Shown one piece after another: positions 13,292 to 27,305 of a stretch of DNA of 64,000 nucleotides. The stretch is from positions 53,816,001-53,880,000 of the forward strand of contig OX597822.1 of NCBI GenBank assembly GCA_951406725.2. Reading direction: 5' to 3'. The notes under the pieces were generated by a model. It had not been told where the DNA came from. It did not search any database and saw nothing but the letters and a program-made list of their open reading frames with translations. Every line of letters starts with the position of its first letter. Position 1 is the stretch's first letter. The position numbers and the translations under genes were made by a program. Origin of the DNA: Octopus vulgaris. Its lineage: Eukaryota.

Positions 13292-14252
13292 ATGTCTCAT
13301 TTTCATTCAGCATCTGGTAGTCATCTTAGAGGTGCCCTGTGTCAAAAAATATCATTTGTAATAGACGTTTTCTCGACATCATTCACACACGCCTGATTCA
13401 GATCACTGATGTTTGTTGCGCACTCCACTGTTGTTATTTTGTGTGTCTGTGTGTAAAGATCGGTTGTTTTGTAGGAATGCTTTATTTTTACCCTTAACTT
13501 AGAAATGGAGAAGGACATGGTGCTTGAGATAAAGAATTAGCCATTTGGTGCTAGAAATAAAACAGAAAAACGTGAAATTCTTTGAGCAGGCATGAGTCTT
13601 ATGTGAAATCTGTGATGAGCCTGAGTGATGCTGATGACTTCGGAGTCACCTATGATATATGTGTATGTGTGTGTATAGAGAGAGAGGTGACTGATGTCCA
13701 CAAGATACAAAGCGAACAACTGCTGTTGATTGGAAGAGACTAAGGAGATGTAGAGTTTACGAAGTTGAAGGGAATGAGGAAAAGATACTTTGAGCCAGCT
13801 TTCATTAGAAAAAGCCTTTGTTGTCCATGTGAAAAGGTGTACCATCATTATTTTCATGTCTACTTTTCCATCATTGCTTGCATGACAGCGACACTCATTT
13901 ACAACTCCTTTACAGACAAGGAGAGAAAGACATACAGATTGCTTTCAGTTTCCACTGACCAAATCCACTCACAAGATTATGGCCAGTCCAGGGTTATAAT
14001 AAAAAACACTTGCCCAATGTGCCATGCAATGGAACCATGTAGTTGGGGAGTAAACTTAACCACACAGCCAAACCTACGCCATGCATTAGTGAATTCTATA
14101 TAAACATGCACAACTTTACAGAACAAAATTTGGATATGCAACATAATCTAGGCAACAAAGAGAATAGGTTAGCATTGGGCAGTGGTAAATTATCGCAGGA
14201 TTGAACTGAGGTACTGGAATGTTGGTGTGTGGGCATTTAGTCTGGCAATCTA

Positions 14253-14814
14253 TTGGGTTGTCTGGAAAGATTGTGCCGATTTATAGTAGCTTATTTTTCA
14301 ACTTATTTTAGAACATCGCTGAGTCCATACAATAGGATTTGACTACACCTCCATTTAGAGCACAGTTTAAGCTATCTTTTCGTGGAAGAAGGTTTATGTT
14401 CCTATAACCTGTGTTAATTCTGTAACCCTTTAAAATGGAAGATAAAGTTCATTTTCGGCACTTGATGCTTTGGGAACCAGACAAAAATTGCTGCAGCTTG
14501 GCTGGGATGTGTTACCTCACCCTCCATATTCACCAGATATTGCTCCTTCGGATTTCCACTTATTCAGGTCTCTGCAGAATAGTCTTAATGGTAAAAATTT
14601 CAATTCCTTGGATGATGTAAAAAGATACCTGATTAATTTTTTGCCATGAAACTACCTCAATTCTGGAAAAAGAGTATTTTCAAGTTAAAGGAAAGATGGA
14701 GACGCATTGTGCAACAAAATGGTTCATATTTGGTTGATTAAAAATGTAATGGCAAGTATTTATTGACCTTTTTCTTTCCTTTAAAAATCAGCACAAACTT
14801 TCCGGACAACCCAA
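14253..14814 (+). mobile_element. Internally deleted mariner element
   Basis: TIRs ttgggttgtctggaaag / ctttccggacaacccaa flanked by TA. Encodes MEDKVHFRHLML and WDVLPHPPYSPDIAPSDFHLFRSLQNSL (YSPDLAP motif). Confidence 0.9.
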
Positions 14815-14914
14815 TATTTCTTCCAATTCTAAGTATGCACTGGGTTTACTATGAAATGCTTAATAATGGACAAAGTTAATACCTTACTCTATGTAAAAGA
14901 AAGAATATACTTAC

Positions 14915-15046
14915 TACATATAACACGTGACGGATTTAATTGTAGACCATTAAGAAATTGAGCAAATTTCCTGAGGTCTACTCTCACTTCAGAGAACTCA
15001 GAAGGATCTTTAGAAGAGGACTGGATCAGGTCACTGTTTTTGTCCT
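14915..15046 (-). CDS. HUS1: HUS1 exon 7
   Basis: ttttccag acceptor and gtaagt donor. (K)DKNSDLIQSSSKDPSEFSEVRVDLRKFAQFLNGLQLNPSRVIC; phases 1/1 fit the neighbouring exons. Confidence 0.93.
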
Positions 15047-15164
15047 CTGGAAAATAATAAATTTATTGTAGAAAAGTGTAATTTAATACACAAAATGTAG
15101 GAGAGAAACATTTATTAAAGAATAAAAGCAAAGCATTAGCATTTAAATAAACTTTTGTTTAAAG

Positions 15165-15451
15165 CAGTGGTTCTTAACCAGGGTTCATATAAGACTTTAT
15201 GGGGGTCCACACAAACAAAATAGCAAATTGGGTCCAAATAGTATTTTATGGGTCCATGAAAAAATTTGGGTTTAGATGTATTTATTACAAGAAACACTAG
15301 GTTACTTTCTCTGACATTTTACATAGTCCTAGGAATTTTGAAAGAAGTAGCTATAAAACTGTTTTTTAAACATCAAATAGCTATGGGGGATCCACCAGAG
15401 GAAAACTGTAATTAAAGGGGTCCATAGACAAAAAATAGTCAAGAGCTACTG
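15165..15451. mobile_element. hAT (Charlie-like) MITE, 287 bp
   Basis: CAGTGG...CTACTG termini; 8-bp TSD gtttaaag/gtttagag; related copy at 57951-58237. Confidence 0.75.
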
Positions 15452-17379
15452 GTTTAGAGAATAATTTAGTTGAAGTTATTTTGTTTCTATCAATCACTTT
15501 TTATACAAAGACCAGAGTCATTTAATATACAAGATCCAAGGACCCAATGGATTGCATGAAGCGCCACTGTTTGGTTTGGCATGATTTCTGCAGCTGAATG
15601 CCCTTACTAATGCCAAACCACTTTACAGAGTGTACTGGGTACTTTTCTTGAGACACCAGCACTAATGAGGTTGCCAAGTAAATTGCAAGACAAAGTAAAA
15701 AAAAAAACCCCTGAACTGAGTAAGGTTGTAGCAGAAAGGGAAGTGGTTTTATGCCAGGTGGTGAGAAGCTAAAGTATGATTGAGAGACAGACACAGGCAT
15801 CATGAAGTATTTGGACACCAAATACTGTGCCAACTGTTCCACACAAAATTGCCCAGCACCATTTCACATATTGGCTGCATGGCATCAACTACCGAATCAA
15901 CTATTTACACAAACCACCCATGTATATCAACCAATGCACCTCACCAACCAGTCCAGACTCACTTGCCACATATTCAATAGCAGTATTTACAATTTGCCCA
16001 CACAGTAAATAAAGCACCAAATCACACCGCCTACACTTTAAACAGTTGTGTGACCACAATGAATTATTTTTTCATCTTAGTAAAACCAAAGAGCAGTATC
16101 CTAATTTGCATAGTATGAATGAGAAATTATCTGAATATAATTTTTCATTTGTAACAAAACTTTTAAAGCAGAAAGTGTGTATCATAGAATGAGTAGTAGT
16201 TTCCAGAGGGTTGGTATAAAAAAAATCTGTAACTGCTCACAGATTATTATGAGAATTTACTGAATATAAGCGTTAAATATTTTTTTTTTTTATTTTGTGC
16301 TTTATTTAAATATTTTCTTTTGATTTCTAGATTGTTCCTACAAACTATGAAGGTAAAATGAAGTCAACAATGGAAACTTGTTTAAAGAGTTACTTAATTG
16401 AAATTATTATGTCACTACCAATCAGTTTTTTTATGCAAATTACTCAAGTCACTATTTGTCTTCACATACTTTAAAGGTCAAGCTTTTTAATTCCATCCAA
16501 CCTTGAATTCAAGAAATGAGAAAGTCAGGTCCTAATTCCTTAGATAAAGGTTTCAGAAACTAAAAGTTAAACAAGTAATGAGGGACTAAGCATTTTTAAA
16601 GAACCTTTTGGTGAAAAGTATCAAATGTTCTTAGAGAACACCAAGATGGAGTGAATAATTTGGTTGTAGTTTTTGTTAAAAAGTGGACCTGCTCAGCAGT
16701 GCTTTAGCAGAGTTCTGACTATGAAGGCAACTAATTTTGTAGAAGCAGGCTTATAGGTAGTGTATAATAGCTGGTGTCCACTTGTCAGAAAAAGTGAATC
16801 ATTTAGTAGTTTAAAAAGCTTTCTTCATTGCCATACATGATACACAAAAAGTTTAAAACCCAAAGCATGTAGTTCCCATTTACACAGAGAAGGGGTAGGC
16901 TGTACAGTCAAGAAGTTTTCTTACCAACCATGTGGTCTTGTGTTCAGTTCTACAGCATGCTACATTGTGCAAGTGTCTTCTACTATATCCCCAGGCTAAC
17001 CAAAGCCTTGCAAGTGGGTCTGATAGATGGAAACTGAAAGTCTGTCGTATATGTATATATAACTCTGTGTGTGTGTGTGTACATACACTTGTCTTGACAT
17101 CATGTGACGATTGTAAATAAGCATCACAGTCAGACATGCAATGTTGTTCATTTCTTGTCTTCCATGATGGAACATCATCTTGCCTAGAAACAGGTAAAAT
17201 TTAGTGATTGGAAGGGTATCCAGCCGTAGAAAATCTGCCTCAACATATTGTGTCTGAGCCATGCAAGCATGGAAAAATGGCACTAACTGGTGATGAAGCA
17301 AGCATTTGTTGTAACAAGGAAATTGTCAAAGTGAAAAAAACAAAAAAAAAAGGAAATGCCAGGTAAGTGTCAACTAAGG

Positions 17380-17772
17380 CACAGGTGTGGCTGTATGGTA
17401 AGATGTTTGCTTCCCAATCACATGGTTCCAGGTTCAGTCCCACTGCATGGCACCTTTGGCAAATGTTTACTATAGCCTCAGGCCAACTGGAGCCTTCTGA
17501 GTGGATTTGGTAGACTAGAACTGAAAGAAGCATGTCATATAACTATATATTTATGTGTGTGTGTGTGTGTCTGTATGTGTCCCCCACCACCCCATGACAA
17601 GCAGTATCAGTGTTTACATCCCCGGAACTTAGCAATTTGACTGAAGCAACTGGTAGAATAAGTACCAGGCTTTAGAAAAAAGAAAAGTACTGGAGTTGAT
17701 TCAGTCGACTAAAAATTCTTCAAGGCAGTACCCCAGCATGGCCGCAGTCTAATGAGTGAAACAAGTAAAAGA
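17380..17772 (+). mobile_element. tRNA-derived SINE family A
   Basis: A box tggctgtatggta, B box ggttcagtccc, body cct(t)tgggcaagtgtcttc...gagtggatttggtagac, tail actgaaacaagtaaaag. Other copies near 16895, 17962, 19625, 20480(-), 27690(-), 44100(-), 44420, 45480(-) and 58497. Confidence 0.8.
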
Positions 17773-18351
17773 CAAGGTTCTATTCCCAATGTTTTTCTTT
17801 ACCTCTTTGGAAATTAGGATTAGGTACCTGAGACTTTGCACATGCACTGATATTCATTTCAGAATTGACACAGATACGGTTAAATCAACCACGTAGAAAG
17901 GCAAACATAATAATAAACGCTCTTGTCAAATGTATGAATAAAGTAGATAAAGAATATAAGTGCAGGTATGGCAGTGTGGTAAGAAGCTTGCTTTCCCACC
18001 ACATGATTCTGGGTTCACTCTCATTGCGTGACACTTTGAGCAAGTGTCTTCTACTACAGCCTTGGACCTACCAAAGTCTTCTGAGTGGATTTGGTAGATA
18101 ACTGAATGAAGCCTGTCATATATATATATATACACACACATGCGCGTATCTGTCCCCATAACTTGGCAGTTCAGCAAAAGAGACTGATAGAACAAGAACT
18201 ACGCTTAAAAAATAAAAAAGTACTGGGGGTCAATTCATTTGACTAAAATCCTTCAAGGTAGTGCCTCAGCAGAGCAGTAGTCAAATAACAAACAAACAAA
18301 AAATAAATATGGGGGTAGGGAATGGAAGCTCAAAATATAAAGGTTACTTAC

Positions 18352-18451
18352 TCCATTTAGGGTTTGTCAAATCCCTGAAATAAGTACAAACAGATGCTAC
18401 ATCTGTTTCCACCATTAACTTCATTTTACCATCACAGTTTGCAGAAACTAT
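18352..18451 (-). CDS. HUS1: HUS1 exon 6
   Basis: ttccag acceptor, gtaagt donor, 100 bp; IVSANCDGKMKLMVETDVASVCTYFRDLTNPKW. Confidence 0.95.
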
Positions 18452-21324
18452 CTGGAATTAAAAAAATAATAAAGTACTATATAAAAAAAAAAATTAACAT
18501 ATAGAATAGTTCAGTAAATTCTTATAATAATCTGTAAGGAGTCACAGATTATTATGAGAAAGGAATAATATTAAAGTTGTGGTAAAATAAACAGAATGTA
18601 AAAATATTTAGTGAATGCAAGTGAAACAGCATTAAATTAAAAATGTCATTGTGTATCTCCCGAAATGTATATATAGTGCTGACAGGCATGATACTGTAGA
18701 ACTGACTGAGATGAAATCTCTCCATAGATTTGTGTTAAAACAAATACATATTGAAGCAAACATCACATCAATGACACATGAGAATGATAGATGCAGTTTG
18801 CTCTAAATGGGGCTGCTCAATGTTTTAGTTGTATATACCAAGTTTTTCTACAACCCAGCAAGCTTTTCACAATACCAGTGGATGTATTGTTCAATTCCCT
18901 AAATATTACAGGGGTGAATTTTGTTTAGGCTTGTGGCAAGTAGGCCCATGTCACTGGTGAAACCCCAAGAAATATGTCTGGCTTTACAAGAGACACAAGA
19001 ATTAACTCAAAAAAAAGCTTCGTTGAGAGTGAACCCAAGAGAATGGAAGAGCCAACAGATTGGTTATATGACACTTTTCAAATACCAACGTCACTACAAA
19101 TAAGTGAATTCAGATGCACGAGTGAAAGAAAATGTACAGAATTCCTGGAAGTGGATGCCAAACAAAAAAGAAATTAAGTGTGTAACTCCATGAAAAAAAA
19201 AACTCAAGAAAGTGGGGTGATGTAAAAATTATTGCTAATAAAAAGAAAAAATTGTACTCCCTAAGAAAAATAACTTAAAAGGGGAGATGTTATGAGGATA
19301 ATAGTAATAATGGGACATCCCTCCCATGTGACGAGTGGTATGTGCTGGTTGTTACAAAAACTGTGATGTCTAGCAGTCAGTCATAGATAGTCGTAGCTTA
19401 CTTGTCTAACTAATTATACTGCTATACTAGAGTGGACATTATAACAGTCCAACTTTGGATTACAACAGATACACAGATAGTTAGAAGGTAGAACAAGGGC
19501 TAGATATGACCAGCTTAAATGCTAAAGAGATAAGACCATTATACTCTTGACCATTCAACCAGATTTGGAACTTCTCTGCAACATTGTGCTACATTTTACA
19601 AGGAGCAGTCATTGAATAAAAGCTCTATAGCCTCGGGCCAACCAAAGCCTTGAGTGGATTTGGTAGACAGAAACTGAAAGAAGGCCGTCGTATATATGTG
19701 TGTGTGTGTGTGTGTAGGTTTGTGTGTCTGTTTGTCCCCCCAACATCGCTTGACAACTGATGCTGGTGTGTTTACATCCTCGTAACTTAGCGGTTCGGCA
19801 AAAGAGACTGACAGAATAAGTACTAGGCTTACAAAGAATAAGTCCTAGGGTCGATCTGCTTGACTAAAGGCGGTGCTCCAGCATGGCCACTGTCAAATGA
19901 CTGAAACAAGTAAAAGAGTAACATATAACATCCATTCTCCATGTTGGCAAGGGTCAGACAGCTTGACAGAAACCAGCAAGGCCAGGGGCTGCACCAGTCT
20001 GTTTTGGCTTGGTTTCTAGTTTCTAGGATGCCCTTCCTAATGCCAACCACTTTACAGAGTGTACTTATTACATGGCACCATCACCAGTGCGTGTGCAAAG
20101 TACCAGCAGCTACACCAATGCTTTTTACATGGCACCTTGGTTTTAGGATATCAATATCAAAAGATATAATGGGTTATCATATGGATGAACAAATAACTTG
20201 TGTATTCATTGCATCATCCTAAGTTTAAGCTCCACAAAACAATCATTAGTCATACAATAACAAAATTACTAAGGAGCATCTTTCATCATCATTCACTGTC
20301 TACTTTTCCACACTTGCCTGGTCACAGAATACACTGAAGCAAATCTACAGCTTGATACTCTACTTGTAGCCAACTCATACCTGCTTCCAAGCAAGGTAAT
20401 ATTTCTTCATAGCCAGACATTTTTCTTGTGCTGCTTGTTTACAATCATTACATCAAAAGGGTACACATAAAAGACATGACCACATGTGTGTCTACACACA
20501 CACACACACAATGATAGGTTTCTTTCAGCTTCCACTTACCAAATCCACTCACAAACCTTTGGTTTGGTACAGGCTATAACAGAAGACACTTACCCAAAGA
20601 GCCAGACAGTGAAACTGAACCTGAGCCCACATGGTTGGGCAGCAAACTCCTTAACCACATGGCTATGCCTGCTCTCATGAAATGCTAAATTCACAAAGAG
20701 TTTCATTTTACTCTTCATACTAACACCAGAAATAGCAGACTGCAAACAGTTCTTAACTGTTTGCACTTTTCCAGCCTTGCACAAGTTGAATGGATTTTGC
20801 TGGAGCAAGTATTTTTACAGCTGGATACCTTTGCTGCAGCTAACCATTCAATTAGTAAACAGAAGTGAAATTTTTACTTTATTGTCCACATACAAACTAG
20901 GACATACAGAGGGATGTGCCCTGCTCATGAGTTCAAGATTGCAACTGGTGAATAGACAACAGTCTGTAGTCCAACACCATAATATCATTTATTGTGTATG
21001 ATGATACCTTGCTTGAGAAGACCGGTCAAGCTGTGTAAGATTATAGTCATGGCCAATACCAAGGTTTCCCGACTGGCACATAAAAACCACCCCCTACACA
21101 CTTGAAGTGGTTGGTATCAGCAAGGGCATCCAGCTGTAGAAACTACACTAAATCAGATTGGAACCTGGTGCAGTTCCTCAGCTTACTAGTTTTCAGTCAA
21201 CCCATACCAGCATAGAAAACGGATATTAAATGATGATGACAATGATGGATAAATGTTTTGCCAAGTTTGGTTACGCCAAGAAACTTTTGTAAAAAGGGGT
21301 ACAATCAAGCTTAACAATACTCAC

Positions 21325-21399
21325 CACAAAATTACTAATACTCTTCATTTTATCAACAACATTGCGAAGAAGCTTCAATGCAGGCATATTTATACTCAC
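21325..21399 (-). CDS. HUS1: HUS1 exon 5
   Basis: AG acceptor, gtgagt donor, 75 bp; VSINMPALKLLRNVVDKMKSISNFV. Confidence 0.95.
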
Positions 21400-22293
21400 C
21401 TATCAATGTAGAAAAAAAAAAACAATTATTAAAGTAAAATAACCATTTATGTATCATCAAAAATGGATCAAAGATGCTATGAGCAATAGACTCATAACGT
21501 CAGTTTCCTGGATTGTGCAGCATATAAATTCCCTAGTGGATGGGACATCAATTTGTCATGGGATTACTCATTTTTGCCAGATGAGTGGACTGGAGTAACA
21601 TAAAATGAAAAGTTTTGCTCAAGAACATAATGCATCAGTCAGGCCAGGAATCAAAACCACAATGTTATAATTACAGCTGCAACACCCTGACCATTAAGCC
21701 ATGCACCTCCACATTTATGTATCATACTAAACAGATATGCATTAAACAGATATACATATCAAAGGGAGATGAAAAATTTCTACAACAGCAGCTAGTGAGA
21801 ATGGCAGGTGCATTTCTGTCCATGACATGTACTCATAACTTCATGCCTAGACAAAATTATATATACACATGAGGGGCTTCTTTTGGTTCTGGTGTTATTG
21901 AAGACAGTTGTCAATGATGTCAAACAGTGGGACTGAACCCTGTGGTTGGAAAGCAAACTTCTTAACCAACTGCCACACCTGTACATAAAAACAAAATTAC
22001 CCATCAAAATAGGAACCACATAATCCCATATATTGTTCATTTAACAGGATGCAAAACCAAAAACGTTTAGCAGTACTTTGCTCCTGAATTATTGAAGAAA
22101 TTTTGTGCATTTGACATGTGGTAGAAAATTTCCAACTTCATACAGTAATTTAAGTGCTTAAAATTCGTTATTCATCAAGTAACTGTCATGGGAAGAAGCG
22201 GATGAGGTAAGATTTCTTAACACAAGTCAGTAAATTTCTGCAGTGGATTTGGTTGATGGAAACTGGGTGAAGCTTGTTGTGTGTATGGATGTG

Positions 22294-22347
<54 letters not shown>

Positions 22348-22998
22348 TTAACATCAGTTTTCCATGTTGCCATGGGTTGGATGGTTTGATCATAGCTGGC
22401 AACCAGGTGAGCTGCACCAGGTTCCAGCCTGATTTGGTTTGATTTCTATAGCCTGATGACCTTAATGCCAACCACTTTACAGTGGGTGCTTTTAACATGG
22501 GATCAGCACTTTATGTCAAGTAATGTGGCTCAAGTATGACAGAGGGATAGGCACAGGTGTCTTACTATAAAGGGAATACATGGCTACTGTGCATTATGTA
22601 AGGATGGGTGGATAAGTTCATAAGATAATGAAAGGAGAGTGACGGGTGGTTAAAGATAGGTGTAGAGGTGAATGTAGTAAATGGAACATGGGTAGAGGTA
22701 TAGTAAATAAGTATCAGTATAGCAGGATGAAGGTGAAAGAACAGGAGCAGCTCAGGAATGAGGTTATAAGTAGCAGCACAAAGAGGATGGAGAAGAGCAG
22801 TATAATAACCTGCAGCTAGGTAAGAAAATATGAAGATGATATGTGGAAAAGGAAAGTTGGGGAAGAGGAGAGAGTGATGTACAGTGACAAAGACAAAAGA
22901 AAAAAACAATCATGTGAAAATATGCTTGCATATAGGATATGAAACAATTAGATGAATTAACAAGTATTATTTGTAAAATGCTTTCAGATAGGACTTAC

Positions 22999-23106
22999 AT
23001 CGAAGTCAGGTACATCTGGTTCATCATAGTCTGCCCAATGACGTAATGCTAACACCGAGACTGGTATATCATGGACTACAGTGCGACTCAGGCCAGTAAC
23101 TGTAGG
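22999..23106 (-). CDS. HUS1: HUS1 exon 4
   Basis: ttttag acceptor, gtaagt donor, 108 bp; PTVTGLSRTVVHDIPVSVLALRHWADYDEPDVPDFD. Confidence 0.95.
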
Positions 23107-23280
23107 CTAAAATGAAGAAATAAAATATACTTTGTTATTCTTTTTATCCAGTTTATTGGCTTAATATAAATTTATAAACATAATGCATTTTTTTTTTAAT
23201 GATTTAGAGGAAGAAAGGCAGCAGCCATATTGTTTCTTAAGAACCTCTGTGATTAGTGGAAGAAAGTTATCTTCAGTAGG

Positions 23281-23655
23281 TGCAGGCATGGATGTATGGT
23301 AAGAAGCTTGCTTCCCAACCTCATGGTTCTGGGTTCAGTCCCACTGCCTGGTACCTTGGGTAAGTGTCTTCTACTATAGCCTTAGGCCAACCAAAGTCTT
23401 GTGAGTGGATTTGATAGACAGAAACTGAAAAAAGCCCAAAATGTATGTGCTTGTGTTCCCCACCACAGCTTTGCAACCAGTGTTCGTGTGTTTACGTCCC
23501 TGTAACTTAATGGTTTAGCAAAAAGGACCAAAAGAATAAGTATTAGGCTTAAAAAAAAAAAAAAGTACCAGGATCAATTCATTCAACTAAAAAAAAATTC
23601 TTCAAGGCAATGCTCCAACATGGCCATAGTCTAATGATTGAAACAAGTAAAAAGA
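23281..23655 (+). mobile_element. tRNA-derived SINE family A, full-length copy
   Basis: Same head, body and tail as the 17380 copy. Confidence 0.8.
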
Positions 23656-23773
23656 AAACAAAGATACACCAAAAGAAATGGCCAAAATGCTGCAAACTAA
23701 CCACACACGCAACAGTGGAAACAATGATGACAACTGATAATGGCTTACTAAAAACCAAATATAAAATACTTAC

Positions 23774-23950
23774 CAAATCAACTTCAAGTGTTAAAGAAGG
23801 AACTTGTTTTTTGGTCAATTTTATTTTGATCCATTTGGCAGTTTGACCAGTTTTGAGTGCTTTTAGAAGATTATCAGGATTTATTTCTAAGAATATCTCA
23901 TCATTATCTTTAGAGAGTCCATCCAACATATATTCATCAAAGAAATGGTC
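23774..23950 (-). CDS. HUS1: HUS1 exon 3
   Basis: ttcag acceptor, gtaagt donor, 177 bp; DHFFDEYMLDGLSKDNDEIFLEINPDNLLKALKTGQTAKWIKIKLTKKQVPSLTLEVDL. Confidence 0.97.
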
Positions 23951-24009
23951 CTGAAATTAGAAATATTAGGCAAATAAGTTATTCCAATATAAGCTAATCA
24001 GATAACATC

Positions 24010-24575
24010 TCAGGTCAGGTGTAGGGGCATGTATCATTGCAGCATGTTTCTATATTCCTAGACCCTCCCAGGTGACCTGTTAGGTCAGTCCCCATCGCCA
24101 CAAGATACTTCATCTGTCATGACCCTGCAGCCGACCAACACGAGCTGTCAACCCAGCTGGATCTTTAGTGAAGAGAACACAGTAACCAGGGTCTAACTTG
24201 GAAAAATCAAGCAACATGGTCTGAATCATACAAGTAACAGGGGGCATCTCAATTTCTGAGCAGAGTCATTGGTTGAATACAAAATCCAACCAAAGTTAAC
24301 TCATAATCCTACAAAGCATCCTGGTACCAAAGGAATTCAGGCAGCCTTTCAGGGCACAAGACAATGTCCAAGTTCACAACTATAAAGTATGACAAGGAGG
24401 ACCAGAGACCTAAAAACCTTTATTCTACTGCTCAAATATTGGCAGCACCCAAATACTCTTGTACAATGAGTTCACAACTGCACCAGCTCATCCAAGTCTT
24501 TTTAAGACTTCAGACTCTCAGCTGATGCTGCTATGAATCTCACTGAAGTGGTCAACATCTTCAACATTCTCATTA
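24010..24575 (-). mobile_element. RTE-clade LINE 3' fragment
   Basis: Minus strand reads NENVEDVDHF and KVFRSLVLLVILYSCE, from the region C-terminal to the RT. Confidence 0.65.
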
Positions 24576-26494
24576 AGGCTCCTTACCATCCCCTCCATTA
24601 CACACGTCTGAGTGGTCTGAAAAGGGGAGAGGTATGTCTTTGGGAAGCTTTTGTTGTTTTGTTGAAATAGTTGTTTGTGGAATTTCTGATGGTGTTATTG
24701 CTGCTGTTTGTGATGTGGCAGCCTCTGATGTTGGTATTTTCTGTGGTATTAGCTGCAGTAGCTTCCAGTGTTGTAGCTGCTGGTGCTGCTGCAGTAATTG
24801 TTGTTGCTGTTTTTAGAGCTGTTAGTTTGATTCCTGTTATAAGTGATATTGTGACCACCTGCCTCCGTTGATACCATTTTTGCTGCTGCTGCTGTTGTGG
24901 TGATGATCATGTCAGTGGAAGTGCTGGTTACCCTCTCTCTCCTTTGCTGCAGGCAAAAGGCCTTGAGGTGGTTTGTGCCACTGGTCAGGTGAAACTGTGG
25001 CCTTCTGCCTCTAACAGCCACATTAAAGCTTTGTGCTTCCTTGTAAGGTTTATCAAGTCTGGCATTGCTTCAGAGCTTTGCTGAGTCATCTGGATCAACT
25101 TGTTTCTGCAGCCTTTGAATCTACAAAATACCAGTCTTCAACATCGAAAAGGACCACTGCCACCATGCAGTAGATGTCGATTTCTGGAGACATGTTCATA
25201 ATTTTTTCAAAGACTCCTTTGGCCAAGGTAGATGGGGATGGGAATCAGTTCATCACTCATAGAGGTTGATTTCAAGTGCTTTTTGACCTCATCCTGTGGC
25301 AAATTCACCTCTACAGTGCCGTATTTTTGGCTAAGTACGTTTTTGTGTTCCAAATTGGTTTCAGGCACTTTTTGATCTGCTTGTGTGTAACCTGTTCTAT
25401 TTTTGTGCTTTTAGTCCTTGCACACCTGTATAAAACTGTTAGCAGATTGGTTTGTTGCCGAACAGATTTTGACAGGTTCATTCGCCACGGTTCGGTCACA
25501 TTTCTAACATGAAGAAAAAGGTATTGAAGTGGGTGATGCATAACCTGCGCGCACACAAGGATAAAATAAAATTTAATTTAGTAAATATATTCTCAAATGA
25601 TTTCATATTTCAACAAAATTACATCAGGAGTTATTTCCCCTGCTTATCGCTTATGCATATGTAACAAAGGAAAAAAAAAAACATTTTCATTCACCCGTCT
25701 GCAAGTTTTGAAGATAATCAAACCAAAATGAGTTCGAGCCACTCATCAAGTGAGGAATTCTGCCAAATTTGGTGAAAATCCATTCAGCTGTTTTCCAGCA
25801 ATTTTGCAAACACACAGACAAAGACGAGCGACTACAACATCCTGCTTTCATTTACACATACAGGGTAGTTATTTTTGCACCTTTTAATCAAGAAAAATTT
25901 CCTCATTCATTTGATGCACAGAGTCAGCGAAACTGCTAACAGCAGATTTGCAAGCTTTATTTTTGTTGCTTTTGCATTAACAGTGTTGATGGCAGTGGCA
26001 AGCTTACAGGTGTGAACGGAAAATTCTATTTTTATTTTTTGTTCTGTGGTTTCATTTTTGTTGTTTCCAATCTCATCATTGGTGCCATAGTTTTTTTTTT
26101 TCCATCTGCTTTGTTATCTCTGTTGTTCTTGATAATTTTTGTTGTGTAAAGTGTGCTGGTAATGACAAGAGTTACTTTTACATTCTTTTTCGTTGTTGCA
26201 TGTACATTAGGTGTGTAGAGGGGGAAACATTTTCATAGTGACTGTTCCAACAGCCATCATCTTCCTCAGTTTGGGAAACCATGTTATTTTTGTTTTAAAT
26301 TATGAAATATTACATCACAAAATTCGCCCTTAGGGGGCAAATTTTTATAAAAACAATTTGCTATAAGCAAGGCAAACTGGCTTATTTAATAAACAATCCA
26401 ACAAAAACAAATACCAAACTTTTAAACAACAAAATTCAAACAAAACTTACAAGCCTGAAACAAACATCCTTTCTTTCCAAACACAAATAATAAT

Positions 26495-26925
26495 AATGGT
26501 TTCAAATTTTGGCACAAGGTAAGCAATTTTGGGAGAGGGGCAAGTCAATTACCATGAAGCCAGTGCTCAACTGGTATTTTGTCGACTCTGAAAGTATGAA
26601 AGGCAAGGTGGAACTTGGCAGAATTTGAACTCAGAACATGAAGAGGGACAAAATGCTACACATTTTTCCCAGGGTGCTAACAATTCTGCCAGCTTGCTGC
26701 CTAACAAATAATAATAGTTTCAAATTTTGTACAATGCCACTAATTTCAAGGAAGAGTTAAGTCGATTACATCAATCCCAGTGCTCAACAGGTTCTGTTTT
26801 ATAGATACCAAAGAGATGAAAGCAAAGTTGACCTTGGCAGAATTTGAACTCAGAACATGAAGAGAGATGAAATGAAACTAAGCATTTTGCCCTGGGTGTG
26901 AACAATTCTGCCAGCTCACCACCTA
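26495..26925 (-). mobile_element. Two tandem copies of tRNA-derived SINE family B (Nin-domain-like)
   Basis: Minus strand has gagctggcagaa...ttctgagttcaaattc...gccttTcat...agtaccagttgagcactgg. Further copies near 34790, 38060, 50530, 50740 and 56080. Confidence 0.7.
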
Positions 26926-27177
26926 AATAATAATAACAATCAAAGATTGTTTATATCTACTACTCCATGTTATCATGGATTTGATGGTTTAGCATTAGAG
27001 CAACCTTCCACATGATACAAAGATCAGTGTCATTAAATCAGCCAAGCTTTACTGTTTCTTCTCATCTAATTCAACCATGAATGTCTGTTCAATCAATACA
27101 CAATCTTCATCCACATCACAACTACAGCAATATCCTCTCTCTCTCAAGTATATTGTAATAATTGTAGTAATATTTAC

Positions 27178-27305
27178 TTGAAACAGTTCACACCATACTT
27201 TGGCACCACCATGTAAAGCCTTCTCCAAGATAATGAAATAAAATTTCTCAAGTGTTATCCGTAATACACAAGTTTTGCAGAGCCGTGTGATAGTTGCAAT
27301 TATAC
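27178..27305 (-). CDS. HUS1: HUS1 exon 2
   Basis: ctttacag acceptor, gtaaat donor, 128 bp; (R)IIATITRLCKTCVLRITLEKFYFIILEKALHGGAKVWCELFQ. Confidence 0.95.

Noticed and set aside
19140-19345. Polypurine tract plus TG (aaggggagaTGT) suggesting a Gypsy 3' LTR start
   Set aside because: No matching LTR or clear integrase motif nearby.
24598-25021. Thr/Ala/Asn-rich overlapping ORFs
   Set aside because: Low-complexity trinucleotide-rich sequence with no splice or domain support.
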